Assembly: GCA_002633005.1 (NCBI GenBank)
Contig: NMRA01000010.1
Location: 62,001 to 126,000, forward strand
Reading direction: 5' to 3'
DNA from: Phoronis australis
Taxonomy: Eukaryota; Animalia; Phoronida
Length of the DNA stretch: 64,000 bases
Made by a program: the position numbers and the translations under genes. Shown here piece by piece: positions 49,284 through 62,964 of the stretch. The notes under the pieces are model-generated. The model saw only the letters and a program-made list of their open reading frames with translations. It ran no database searches and was not told the origin of the DNA. The stretch's first letter is position 1. Every line of letters begins with the position of its first letter.

Positions 49284-51243
49284 GGTAGGGGTATACACTG
49301 GTCAAATCTCCAGTTTCCTATCTTAAATAAGTATAAAGGTGGTCTTAACTCGTTAGAAATGACTCTGAAAGTGACAAAAATCGAAAAAAATTTTTTATTG
49401 TAGTTCGTTTTTTTTAAAAAATCGTATTTTTTATTTTTCAAAAAATCCAATTTTGCCTCGATTTTTTTCATCAACTGTTTCCTTACGCAATATTCTACTT
49501 ATACATACCAAATATACGTACAAAATCATTACGATCTTGATTTTGTGGCTTTTTTGCGTGTGAGTTGGGGCAAGCACGCCACTTTCTGTCATTTGGTCAC
49601 TTTCCGTCGAATAACTAAAAATCTGGTCCATGTATCAAAAAACCCTGGCACGTGAATTTGCTTCAGTCCTAGAGGATTTCAAATTTGCAAATTTCGTAAA
49701 AATTGACCCTCGTGTTGCGGAAAAATAGGCCCGAGAATCTTGTCACTAACGTGAAATCACGAGCCGAGAAAAACAGACTTGAAGTTAAGCCAGCTTCGAT
49801 TGCAACTTGAGGTCAAAATTCGTTCAGAATGCGCGGTCATTATGTTCCAATTTTTGTTGATGTACTAGAAATAAAGCTGATACTTACTTCATGTTTAGAA
49901 AATGTGACATTATTGTTTCTTTATAGCGTAATTTTAATCATTTTTGCGAACTTGTGGAGCACGACAGGCGACCAAAACCAACATGGCTGTTACGTGGGCG
50001 GAGCTTAGCGTTGATCTATTGTCTGCTGTATTGGTGTGCCGACCACATATCATTAAAACCATGTGTTGATTGTTTATGCGACTCATCTGATTTCTCCACT
50101 CAGAGTGGTTAAAGACTCTCTAACTGTATTACATAGACCTATTTGTTAGTATTCCAATATTAAATGTAATTACCATCTCTTCATCAACCATTATATGTGT
50201 TATATCAAATCGCCGCGATACTGTCTACATAACAATATTGGCGACGAGGATAAAAAACTACTTTCATCGTAATGGTTCAACATTTTCACGTGCCTGTACC
50301 GCCAACATTTTGGGATGAGAAAAGAGCACTTTCAGCACAAATAGCGTCGCTTGGGTGATATTCTCAAGTTACCAAAGTTTCTTATTATTGCTTTCCACTG
50401 AAATCGTATAATATCATGAGTTTTAATTCAGGGATACGTTTGAATCGATGCACGAGAGCAATTTTATTATGTTGAACACTAGGTCATTTCTCAAATTCGT
50501 TGGGTTACGGCCGGCGGCAAGTTAAAAAATCCCCTCAGAGTTTGGCAGCCTAGTTTCTCCATGGCGCGTTCCTAGCACAGAAGCACGGTTTATCTCCAAA
50601 AACTCTACTCTGACGGCATGTAGTTGTCTCGCGCGCGGCGTGTCTTCACAGCGCGTGCACGCACTCTCGATCCTCGAGTCGTGCAACACCACCACGTCGA
50701 CGCTCAGCGTCCTCTCGCAAGCCACCTCGCCTTTCTGACTTCTCTTGCACACGCACAATTTCTGCACTGACTCCTCAAGCTAAGTGCAGTGATGGCTTCG
50801 GTAGAATTTGGCGTACTCAACTTAATTTTTTTGCAGATGGACAAACAGGCTCAGGTTCGCAACAGGAGCTAGTTCACCATTACACCACCAACTTTCACAT
50901 GGTCAAAAATAGAATTATTTTATTTTTGGCCTTGCTACAACATCAATATCAGCTGGCGGGTACAGCATTCTCGATTGCCCGGTTACGCAATGTTTGTTGA
51001 CAGGGTTAGATTAGAGCTAGTGTCCTGGTATAAGTTCCGCCCCACTTGTCAGTCACTGAGCTGGTGAGCACTCAAGCCATATGACTTACTGAAGCTTGGT
51101 CAAATATAATTATAAAAACAACTTTGGATTTTCAGATTGGTTTTATTTTTCTTCAGTATACTGTGCATCAAGAATTGAAGATTAGGATGACATAAAAATT
51201 TAAAAAACAGTCAAAATTATTTTTTTTGTGTATCCACCTACCT
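49284..51243. mobile_element. Kolobok-like non-autonomous element (different family), about 2 kb
   Basis: TTAA|GGTAGGGGTATACAC ... GTGTATCCACCTACCT|TTAG termini. No coding remnant recognised. Confidence 0.65.
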
Positions 51244-51364
51244 TTAGGTGACTTTGGCGTTGAAATCCAACTCCACTTTTTTGTCACCGTTAACTTTTCC
51301 ACCAGGCGCGCGGCAACCATAAAGTATTTCAACTGAGTCACGTGAGTTAGTCAAAGGCTAACTC

Positions 51365-51545
51365 GTGACGCGCCAGCGGCGTGTGACGCCGGCGCATGAC
51401 TCTGGCGCGTGACACTGGCGTGTGACGCTGGCGCCTGATGCTGGCACTTGACGCTGGCGCGAGACGCGCCAGCGGCGCGTGACGCTGGTGCGTGACGCTG
51501 TCGCGTGATGTTGGCACTTGACGCTGGCGCGTGACGCTGGCGCCT
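51365..51545. repeat. GC-rich minisatellite (GCGTGACGCTGGC-like, about 12 bp with higher-order variants)
   Basis: Directly visible. Confidence 0.9.
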
Positions 51546-53489
51546 GAGACTTGCAAATAGCATGGGAAGCGAAGGGTGTATTTTGATTACTTTCCTCGAG
51601 TCGAGAAAGCGAGCGAAGGAGAGCATAATGGAGTCTCAAACCAACGAGATTGATTTGACTAAGTTGAGTTGATATATACACACCAGTAGGAAGGTGAACA
51701 CCATTGGGAGGGGGGACGGGGGCTAACTAATTCATTTGACAAATTGCCTCCAAACTTTTAAATTCCTCTTTTTCGCCTCCACCTCCGCCCGCTAGTTGTC
51801 GTTAGTTTTGCAACCCCGCCATAGGCATTAGAACTTTACTGTTTAGGGGACAAAACTCGGGGAGGCAGCCACCAGAATACCCATGTCAGTGGCAGATCTA
51901 GGATATTATAAGGGGGCCCAACATTTTGTTTCGGGCAATAGCGCAAAGCACGATTGCATGCTGATCTAATGTTCAAAAGAAATACTATTCTAGGGTTGGG
52001 GAGGGGAGGGGGTGGGGGTAAAAATGCCAGTATGGTTACAAAACATCGCAATTCATTGTCCTTGTTTCTTTAAAATCTATCACTCATTTTTGGGTCGTGT
52101 GTCTTTCTTCAAACGAACATGCTAGGTGTTTTCCGTCGATTGATTTTGAACAAAAGATTCTACATGTGCTTCCCCTCTCGAATAGTTGACAGTGGACGAT
52201 AGTGGGTAAAGGCAATCGTCCGGACGGTCCCTACAGCGAGGGGACCCTGCTGTCTAAATGGAAGTCCATTAATACATACATGTACGTACCAAATATTGAT
52301 AAAGTATGACTAAGGACAGGATGCAAAGTTATTAGTTAAGAAAGACAGGGGTCAGGGGTCATCCAATGGCAGTAGCAGGATAGAGAGTGAGATACAGGTT
52401 ACACGGAACAGTTAGGGTGCAACCGCGGCCAATTAGGGCCGTGGCCAATTTGCCGTAGGGTTACGAGGCAGTTTTGAAATAGGCGTTGCGTATAAGCTCA
52501 AAACAATGTCTGGTCTTTTTTTATTTGTTAACCATTGGAAATGAGAAAAAAGACCCTTGTTGGGCTGTAGATGCACTTTTCTTCAAGATGGCACCCCCTG
52601 TTGCTTTGTGCATTGCTGAGTAGCGACTGAGGAAGCGCCATTTCTGGTAGCCCTCAAACAAGGCAGAACTGCAAACAAGCTACTTGGCTGACAGTACCTT
52701 TGGACGATATTTTTGGAGTCTGTAGGAAATTGGTTTTTTTTGAACACGTTGACTTATTTAGCCCATCGGCACGGAAGTGGTGGTTTTGGGGTGAAAAGTG
52801 TTAATTTTGTGTTTTTGCATCTTTTTTCTTAGTCTATCTTGATGTATTGAATAATGTGATGATATCTGTGGCCATCAAAAGCCTCTTACGGAGAATTCAC
52901 AGTATGTATTATTGATGTTTGTTATGAATATCTTTGACTTAAAGGTAATAAAACTAAGCTTGTTTGGCTTTCGAATTAGAGTTCGTAAAATAGTCGGCAG
53001 AAAAAATACAAACAGTTTGTCTTGATATTTCTGAAAATATGGTCACATATATGACTGCTCTGTCGAAACAACGATGACCTTGTATTTGAGAGGTCTAAAT
53101 CACTATGACTTTAGACTGTCATCTAATATTTTAAAAGTGTTTTTACCCAAGAACACAAACAAGCGAACCCAGTGCCGTCTGTAACGACGGATTTCTAGCT
53201 GAACCCAAAAAGCGAGATTACAAAACATAACTGACCTGGCAAGTTTCATGTTTAGAACAAAATAGGATTACAAAACAAGACCTCACAACGTATTTTATGT
53301 TTTATTACCACAAAACGAGATTACAAACTTATGGTTTGGCTTCGTGCTTCCTGTTCAAACGAAACAAGAAAGAAAAGTCTCGAGCGCACCTTCTATATGT
53401 CGTTGCAAAGGCAATAAGAAAAAACGAAGCGAACGTTAGTAGGCGGGCCAAGTTCCCCATAGCATAGGAAAATGAATTAAATACTGGAT

Positions 53490-53607
53490 TTAGCTACGAT
53501 GCGTCCTCATCCCAAAGACTTCAGTGGGCCACTGAGGTGTCATGATGAGTGACTTAACACCTCAGTGGCCTTTCGAAGTCCTTGGGATGAGGATCCAACG
53601 TAGCTAA
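53490..53607. repeat. Fold-back inverted repeat, stem about 50 bp
   Basis: TTAGCTACG..TCCTCATCCCAA.GACTTC..GGCCACTGAGGTGT pairs with ACACCTCAGTGGCC..GAAGTC.TTGGGATGAGGA..CGTAGCTAA. Confidence 0.85.
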
Positions 53608-54939
53608 CTCAATCCGTAAGTCCAGTGTCAATTTTTTCTATATTATCTCCTCCACTGGGTCGTATTCCGCATAGCAGTCATGGTGTAGTGTAAATTGTTA
53701 CGTGTACCTTCTTGTCTCGAGGTAAATACCCAGTGGTTTTGGATGCTTGATTCGAGGGCAGCAACATATAATGTATTTTGTTTGCCATTTGTTTACTGTC
53801 CTCTTCCCTAACAGTGCAAATACGTGCAATGTTAGCCTGCTGCTTATCAGATGTGTCTTATCTACTACAGCATGTTGGTGACGACGCGATGCAGTTACAA
53901 TGTCTCATTTCAATAAATTCATGATGATAATACTAGTCTCAAGTAGACATTGTACAGATTATTACATGGCAAAGTTGTGGTAATTCCCCGTATCTGGACT
54001 ACGATTTAGAATATTTATCACCAGTGGTGAGCTAGCCTTCTGCTTCCTCCGTTATATCCCTCGACCACAGAGCGTCTAAACACGGGAAATTACTTCTGAG
54101 GACATGTACACTAACATTTATTTCCCGAAACTCACAAAACATACCCGATAATATTTAACTCTTGTTATCCTTGATGTCTATCACCGCTATGCACCGTTTC
54201 ATATCAGCATTTCTAACATGACCTGGAATGCGTTACGACACGACTAGTTTATAACACCGGGTACGTAATTTTCGATATTACATGGGCAAATCACAAACTT
54301 TGTAGTGCAAAGTAGAGATCCATACGCCTTCATTTTATCGTCTGGAAAACACTAAAACAACCAAGCGCACGTTCTATATAGTTTTCAATATTATGTAATT
54401 GTTGGTTTTTTAAATATGAAACTCGTACGCTTAACTGGCGTGTTGGTGTACGACCCCAATTATCTCATCCAGCACGTTCAGCCAAGGCCATCCATAGCGA
54501 TCGACTAACTCACTTTAATCTGTGACAGCGCCATCAAGCCTTTCGTGTGGCAAAGAGACTTCGCTGGATACTCTGGGGGGTAAACACTGCACTCGTTCAC
54601 TTGCGAGCAAATCCTGTTGTCGTTAGAGTTGTCTAATGTTTCCAAAATTTATACGCAAATTGAGACAAACTAGTACCTCTAATTACGACATTCATTGACT
54701 TGAGGTATCGACGCTAGCACTAAAACTTCAAACCTCGTGACCATATTAATTCACCATCTAAAACATAGTATAATGCAATCGTTCCCTCGTTTTCCCTGCC
54801 TTGCACTCACTGAGGTAGACACTACCACCGTATCTTGCTGGGCCCCATGACATAGTGTATACTGGGGCTGCTGTGCGTGAACTTGGAATCTCGATTTGCT
54901 TTATCTCAAGATGGCGTATGCGTGAACGTGGAATTAAAT

Positions 54940-56050
54940 ACTTATTACGCGCCCACGTATTTATATGTGGACGCATCTCTGTCCGTCCGGCGTCCGCTGC
55001 TCTATTTCCAAGTCCCTTTGACACTGGTGTGTTCATGAAATTTTGCACATGTGTTCCTTTTATGGATGGGACGGCATGAGCGAACTTTCTGACGGATCCG
55101 ACTAGTTGCAATTTTTTACGTTTGAATCTTCAAAGGTCCTCGACGTATTTTCATAAAATTTGGCATATAGGCATCTATTAGTGCGATGACACTATCCTCC
55201 TGTTTTCGGTTGCATTCGAAGTAATGTGCGCCACATAATGTCCATTTCTTACTGTTTTCGAGTCTCTTTTTGGCGTTCACCCTTCTATCAACCCGGCAAA
55301 CCACTCTAAGGATGATTGTGAAAATTGACTTCTATGTTCTTACTATGAAGAGGACGGCTGACGATGATTTTCAGACGACTTCGACTTCTGTGGTGCCTCC
55401 TAGTGGCAGTTATTTTGTTGCGTCCATGGCTGTATCTCCTAAACTGTTTGCAGGATCCTTACTAAATTTAGCAAGTGTATTTAGCCTATATGATGTTAAC
55501 AACGGACGACTACGACTTTCGGACGGATCTGACTACCCGTGTGCCCCCTAGTGGCAATTGTGTTTTTTTACGTTTACCTCTGTGTCTTCAAAGGTCCTCA
55601 AGGGATTTTCAGAAAATATGGAATATAGGCATCTATTGGTGAGATGATGCTATCATCCTTATTTTCGGGTCGAGGTGCTTTGCGCTACCTAGTGGCCATT
55701 TTTGCTGTTTTCCAGCCTGTTTTTTGGCGTGCAGTCCTCGATCAACCGAATCATTGCAAGGATGATTTTAAAAATTAGCGTTCTCAATGTGAACTAAGAG
55801 GACGGTTGACGATGACGACTTCGTCTACTGTAGCGCCTCCTAGTGGTAGTTTTGTTTTGTTTTGCGCCCATAGCTGCATCTCCTAAACCCACTCCAGGAT
55901 CTTTATGAAATTTAGTAATTGTATTTATATGAAACTAAGAACAGACGACGACGTCTTTCAGGCGGATCCAACAAAAAACGCTGTGCCCCTTAGTGGCAAT
56001 TTCATTTATTCCACTTTCCTTTGTTTCTCTGAAGTTCCTTGACAATTGGT
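54940..56050. mobile_element. HINE/DINE-1-like non-autonomous Helentron derivative with internal repeats of about 150 bp
   Basis: Starts TTATTACGCGCCCACGTAT..ATGTGGACGC (hairpin) followed by a GTCC microsatellite. Repeated cores (ATGAAATTT.GCA; GCGCC(T)CCTAGTGGC) recur with a higher-order period of about 450 bp. Confidence 0.6.
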
Positions 56051-56360
56051 AAATAGCTTTGTATTGAAGACAGCGTACAGTGGCTAAAACACCTTTTTGA
56101 CCCCAGAAATGTATGCATTGTTCATAAGAAATATTGTTTTTGCTTCTTACTTCCCACGGAAAGTAAATAATTGCGACGCAAATTACACCGCTCGTAACTG
56201 AATTCGTAGCCCCTTCGAGCGCCCCAGAAAAATCTCAACCAATCAGCGTAAAGTGGTTCATATGACATCATCGTGGCCACGAATTTACTGGGGAGCCACA
56301 CTTCGTAACAGCCGAGTGCCATTTATTGGACGTTCTGCACTTGTCGATCTCTGGGCTAAA

Positions 56361-56573
56361 ATGCCTCTTTGCGTGGTGTGCGGGTGTAGCAATGTCAGCG
56401 GCAATGGGATACATTTGTACAACTTCCCCACCGATCACGGCGTGTGCCGTGCGTGGAATAGATTCGTATCCACGACAAGGCCTGGCGACAAACTTTCCCG
56501 ATCGGCAAGATATGATTTAGGCTTGGTGCAAAGCTGTGCGCAAAGATCTACAGCTTCGCGTCGATGTGGGTAA
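56361..56573 (+). pseudogene. Truncated THAP domain remnant (transposon-derived)
   Basis: MPLCVVCGCSN..GIHLYNFPTD..CRAWNRFVSTTR is the N-terminal half of a THAP domain. The CxxHF half is missing. Confidence 0.7.
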
Positions 56574-57818
56574 AAGGGACTAAATAAAATCTGACGCAGA
56601 AACAGTGTCATTAAAAGCTGTACCACTCTGAGTAAACCAAATTATTTACCGGTATTGGAAGAATTATCGTTCTACCGCTCATCTACTGCTAACATTGAAG
56701 TGCGCTCATGGGCGTCGGCGTTTGGCGATTACGTCATCTGACGTGAACAGTTTCTTTTCCCCCGGTTTATTCTTCTATCAACTGTTTGCTGCCACGAGGT
56801 TGCGTACCGTCACAACAAATTGTCAGAACTGGTCTCATTTCGTTACGAGTTATTAGCATTTTCGAGAAAACCGAATTTGGAACTAACTTTAATGCTGCGA
56901 AGCTGTTATCATGTCCCAAAAGTAGTCGCAAAATTTTAGTACAGGGCGTGCGCGTGTCACGAGCGTACTGTTTTCAAAACGGCAGACTTTCTTTGTTACA
57001 AAACTCAAAATGCGGATCGAGAATAATGCTAGAAAATGACGTTTATTAGATTGTTCTTCCCTTAAACGACTGGCACTTAACGGGCAAGGTGAGTGTCCGA
57101 ATTGTCTCCCAGATTTTGCATGCACCCCGGCCGTCGGTCGTTGGCTCTGAGATATATGTTTCACGACGAGTTGACTAACACAACACATAGGCTTACCCGG
57201 TCTGTATGGATTTTCGTGTAGTCTATGTATGGTTTAACAGAGCTCAAGTCACAGTGTTACCTACATGTAGCTGTATTTTGGCGATAGTCTTCAAACAGCT
57301 ACAGGGAATCCGACCCAAATCCGGAATATTCTGTCTGATTTGGGTCGTTCCCGCAGGCCTAACGGAATTCTGATACTGAATTTAAGACGTTCAATTGATT
57401 ACAAATTCTTATGATTGGGTATGTTTTCTTGCAATACAGACTTTATTTCGTAGTTTTAATTTATTACATACACGCACAATGTTGTGTTGCTATTAAATTT
57501 TTTTTAGCTTGACCGAGTCGAAATGGCGGCGATTACGGGTTGCAGCATTTCAAGGCGACCTATTTTGAAAATTGAGTTTCTAATATAAAATTTTCAATGA
57601 GTTTGAATATAATTGCATTGTACCAAGAAGAGATAACCAGGAAGGGACAACTAGCTAAACCGCCGTTTTGGTCTCCTTCCCCGGACTAATATCAGGAGTT
57701 AATTTTAATTTAAAACAAAACAGACGATTTCATCTGAGAGAGTAAAGCTTTTTCTATAGAAAGATAACAAAAAAACTCACTTTGCAACCTTAAACAGTGG
57801 TGTGTAATTGTACTTTGA

Positions 57819-59236
57819 AACTAGAAAGATTATTGTCACGGCGTGACAATAATTTGCTCTGCGCGTGCGTATTAAAGGAATTGTTATGGGAAGTTACTGA
57901 CAGCAACCCGTTTACCAATATGAAAAGGAATTCTTTAAAATTGTAGGGGAAATTACATATCAATTTTTGATGACATTTCCACTAATTGACCTCTTCCGGT
58001 GCATTATGAGCCCCGACGAGGAAGTAATTGCTAACTCGATTAAAAGTGTGGTTAATGCTAAAAATCACAGATGTTTTACTTTAAGCACTTCAGAATACAA
58101 GATGAATGAGTTGGTCAAACTTTCAGAAGAAAAATGCACCTAATGACCCCATGGGTGCACCAAATGACGTGAAAATTTAGAATTCAAACTTAATTGCACT
58201 TAGTAAACAGATGTGTAATTTTGAAGTCTCTAGCTCAAAATTTTAGTTTGCACTCAATGACCTTTGACCTATTTTTTCTGATTGATTAGGCCTATTGCGA
58301 AGTTAAGTAGGGTATTTAATTGGCATGTTGACTTACACCAATGTGCTGAAATTGAAAAGAATTCCTTGAAAAATGTAAGAGATATAACATTTTGAACGTT
58401 ACATGACCTTTGCACTAATTGAACCTATCCGGTGCATTATAAGCGTCTTGTGGAGAATTATTGCAAAGCCCATAGAAAATGTGTTTAACGCTGAGAATCA
58501 CAGTTCTCTAACGGTTGACACATCAGAATACTTGCTTATTGAAAAGGTCAAATTTTCAGAAGAAAAATGCACCTAATGACCCTATGGTTGCACTAAATGA
58601 CCTGAAACTTTGGATGTCGAATTGAATTACATGTCCCAATCAGACCTGTTAATTTGAAGTGTCTAGCTCAAAATCTTAGTTTGCACCAAAGGACCTTTGA
58701 CCTATTTAACCTGATTGGATGACCTGATTACTTAGAAAAGTAATTTTAAAAATTATCATGTTGACTTATTCCTGTGCACCGAATTTAAAAAAGGTAGCTT
58801 TAAAACTAAATGAGCTGTTGCATTTTGAAAATTATAAGACCTTTGCACCAAACGACCCCTTCCGGTGCAATATGGAATATGTTTATATAACGAATCAAAA
58901 TTTATGTACTGTCAAAAACCATATGCTGAATTTAAAGAACGTACCTGCACCCAATTTGGAGTTATTAAGCCTCAAATTTGGTATAAAATTGAAGAAAACC
59001 CAGGAACAACAGTACTCTGCGGTTGCACGTGCAGAGTAATAAGAATAAAATTGAAGAAAACCCAGGAACAACAGTACTCTGCGCTTGCACGCGCAGAGTA
59101 ATAAGAATAAGAATAAAATTCAAGAAAACCCAGGCACAACAGTACACTGCGCTTGCACGTGCAGAGTAATAAGAATAAGAATATAATTGAAGAAAACCCA
59201 GGAAAAAAGTACTCTGCGCTTACACGCGCAGAGTAA
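57819..59236. mobile_element. HINE-like non-autonomous Helentron with 432-bp internal repeats and a quadruplicated end
   Basis: AACTAG end, then palindrome TTATTGTCACG-G-CGTGACAATAA, then subTIR CTCTGCGCGTGC. The opposite end has the hairpin ACTCTGCGCTTGCACGCGCAGAGT four times with (AAGAAT)n. Core motif TCCGGTGCA recurs at about 57995, 58428 and 58861. Confidence 0.75.
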
Positions 59237-62200
59237 ATATCGACTTCAACGCACGCAATCGCAACTTCCCACACGCAGTCACGGGTATTTAAGCTTTTCC
59301 GTCGATGTATAGATGGCGCAGTAGTCAAGTCCTCCCTCATTAGCATATCGAATTTGCATGCTGTAAACGGGAGTTTTCGAGATTCTCGTCAGTTGCTACA
59401 TCGAAATAGCATAGTTATAACGGGAGTTTATGACAAAAGAATCTCATTGTGGCGGATTTTATCCAGCAAGGAAACTTCTGTGGGACACGTTTGTAAAGGG
59501 GAATATTGCGGACCGAATCGCCAGGAAACGGGTGGCGAAGAGCGAGAACGACGTAGTGTTTCGCGCACTGAGTGAGGTCATGCTCTGCGTGAAAGTTCAC
59601 AGAAAATTTATTCGGCCATATGGTGCTACCACAATTGGACTGGAGGAGTAAACATGGCACTGACTTGCAACGCAGTGCAGTGTGCAACGCTACTTTTTGT
59701 ATATGCGCCGCGAGTCCTCTGGCTTCGTCACCGTGTCCTGTGCTAGTACAGCAGCCACTACCAGCACTGAAAGCACCAGCGTCACAAGTAGACGGAATGT
59801 TTTTCCCGGCCCCAGTTTAATTAGTCGTACTTCTGGACTCCCACCCCAGCCTCACCTGATTGGGGTTTACACGTACTCGCAGGTGATTGTATTGGAGAGA
59901 TGTACCGTACATACAATCAGAGAAGAAAAATTCTGGCTGCTGTGACCATTTCTGCAGATGTCAAAAAGAAGTAAGTTTTATTTTGATTTCCTGGGAATAA
60001 TGTGATGAGATTGGGAGTTATAAAATTATTCAGGTCCTTTGTTTTGTATCAATGGTCACATGACTGCGTCTAATTCTTATCAATTCATGTTATTGTCAAA
60101 ACTGAATTGTTGCAAACTTTCCTCAGTTCACTCTAACGACCCTCATTGCAAAACAGGTGACTTTCTCTGTGATTGAAAGCAAAACAATGTCCATGATTAG
60201 TTTCCCAATAAAACAGTATGCGAATCACAGGTTTCTTTTAACATCGGGACAAGCTGAACATAGACATATTTTAAAGATGCCATGTCTCGTTAAAACCATG
60301 AAGATTTGAATTTTAGCAACCACCACCTAATGATTTCATGGAGAAATGTGTGTACAGAAAAAGAAACAATTGGTAAATAATTTAAAATAGTAAACTAAAA
60401 CGACGAGCGTCAGTACTAAAATATATTTAAATATCCCCACATTTTGAGCAATGCACTCTTCGTCAAGGGTGTGCTACAGACTACTGAGTACATGTAGATG
60501 GATTTAAAATAAAATGGCACAGGAGATCACATAGTGACATACAATAGACAATTTGCAGTTTTAAAGAAAACTGCAACTGAAAGCTTAAAAACAAATGTGA
60601 ACATACAAAAACCCCAATAATTTCAAATATAATGCAGTTGTTATTTGATAGTTAAAAATTCAAATATTAAAAACTGTTCCTTGTTTCATTTGGGCAACAA
60701 TGAAATTTTCTTAAAAATAGTCTCGCAAAACGAGACTTTTGCGATATTGTAATTGTAACTGGTTCTCGGATGGTTTCTGGTACATTGATATGGGTAGTTT
60801 GTAAATTAGTACTTCATTTGCATATTCACAATTTAATGAGACAATGTATCTTTAAAGTATGCAGTTTGACTTGTACCAAAATGCAACTTTTCTTTGAATT
60901 GCATATTTAGATACTAAGTACTAAAATAGACAAAGGATATGTACAAAACACCCATTTAAGTGCATGACTTGACTTTAAGTGAAGCATGCTTGCACATGAA
61001 TATGCCTTCAGGATGAAAGTACCTTAAAGAAAGTTTTTATTGAAAAAGTACAATGTTCTCAATGAATGAACTTTCAGTTTTAGTTCTACAGTACTAGTTC
61101 AGTGTTGTTCTTGTGATTTCCTAACTTCTGTTTTTCTATCTAAGCTTGGCATCCTTCTTCTAGTGCAGCAGAAGTGCAGAGATTGAGGTAATTTATTGTA
61201 CCTACACCATTCCTTCTTGTCATTTCAGAACAAGCTGGATAGTTCCATACGACAAGAGTTCATTGGTAACCATAGACACAAAATCGTAATGGTGAGCATA
61301 TGACAAAATCATGCCGCATTCAACCTTTTCCTGCCTCCTTATGTTAGATTATGTGAGTCTAGGTGGTAAAAGAGTGAACATATATATTCACTAGAATATC
61401 AAGCCTGTCACAGCAGTGCTTGATTTAGAAATGAGATTTAAAGTTTTGGGGTTTCCAAGTAGTGTTAGATTTCGGAATGACCTGTTATGTTCACTAGTCC
61501 TGCTTGTGGGTCCAAATCGTGTTCCCGATACATCATCACTAAACTTTCTAATTGTGTGCCTCAAGATACCCCTCTCTCACTTTAAATTTTGCCATGTTTC
61601 CCTTTGCAGATTATACAATCCATGGTAAAAGATGATATAGAGTTGGTGACAATGGGTGTGACAATTACAAAATCAAGCCCGACAATGTCATCCTACATTT
61701 CCGATGTACATGTGATTGGCGACTTTGTGAGAACAATTCTTGTCCTAAATATGCCAATGCACATATTGGTGGTTTCCTCAGAGGAGAGGCACGAAGAAGC
61801 TTTGAAGGCAGAAGTATGCGAACAAAAGGCAACGTGGGTTTGCGTGATAAACTTTATCGTCAGGTAGCAGTTAATAAAACGTGAATTAAATTGATGTGTA
61901 TCATATCATTTGTTCAAATTGTCCAAATAACTTTCTGTGGTCTGTTTCTAAATTTGTGTAGCAATTGTCCTTGTAGTATTGTACGGCACAATAGAATACA
62001 CATGTACTTTAAGAGTTATCGTTGTTGCATTTCCATATCTATGAACGTCATAACCATTATGATATCACATTAACTTAGCTTATGTTAAATAACAAAATCA
62101 GTCAACACAATGCAAAGTACACCGTATATTTGCACACAGAGAGGTGCTATTCGAACCAAAAATGGCACTAGTAAAATACTTGTAGCAGTCTTATCATATT

Positions 62201-62265
62201 CAGAGCACTGGTAGGCATGTTACTATTATGACTATGTCGTGTGAAACAGTACATTGTTGTGTCCC

Positions 62266-62505
62266 TCAGTTCTTTTTTTGCTTTTTCCTGAGTGGAATCT
62301 CCTGGGTTGCAACAATACCTCTGACCTCTCTCTGCAGTTTCTTTGTCAGTTCGGCATGTGGAAAATTTACTGATGTCAGCTTTCTGCTTGATATGTAGTT
62401 GTATTGGCTATAAAAAGTTTCAACAGCACTACCCTTCAACTGCAGTGGAGAAATGTAGTACCCTGGATATTTGGTGTGGAAATCCTGGCACAAGGCTTTG
62501 AATGA
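62266..62505 (-). pseudogene. Transposase-like C-terminal fragment
   Basis: FKALCQDFHTKYPGYYISPLQLKGSAVETFYSQ...KLTSVNF resembles, from memory, the catalytic-Glu segment of P-element-related transposase-like proteins in marine invertebrates. Not verified by search. Confidence 0.45.
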
Positions 62506-62964
62506 AAATATACAAATTTGTAGAAGATTGTAGGTCTGAAAGGAAACAATGAAAACACTCTTATATTTGTTGTTGCATTATGCAGCGTCCTCAAATTGGA
62601 CTTAACACAGGCTGAAGTGTGCATAACTTCCCGATGCTTTACATATGTAGCAGTAATTGCAGCTATCACCTAGAATTCAAAAAAGGCAAGGTTGCCTGTA
62701 CGCAATTTAAGGTAAAACAATAGCTTATACATTAGCAATTTTCACTTGTAGACTTGTTTTTGTTTTCTGAGGTCTTGTATATCTGAATTTGTGAGTAATT
62801 CCTTATCTTTGTGATTGCTAGGCCAAATTATTGAGAAACATTGTGCATATGAAGTTGGTTGAAAATTGTCTGTAATACATTATCACACACGCCCACTGGC
62901 CTGCTGCTGCCTTCCCATTTTCACTGCATGACAGCGTTTTCCCGTTAAGTGACTTAACCAGTCC

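Noticed and set aside
51347-51681. Repetitive ORFs (ASRASV...)
   Set aside because: By-products of the GC-rich minisatellite, open in several frames.
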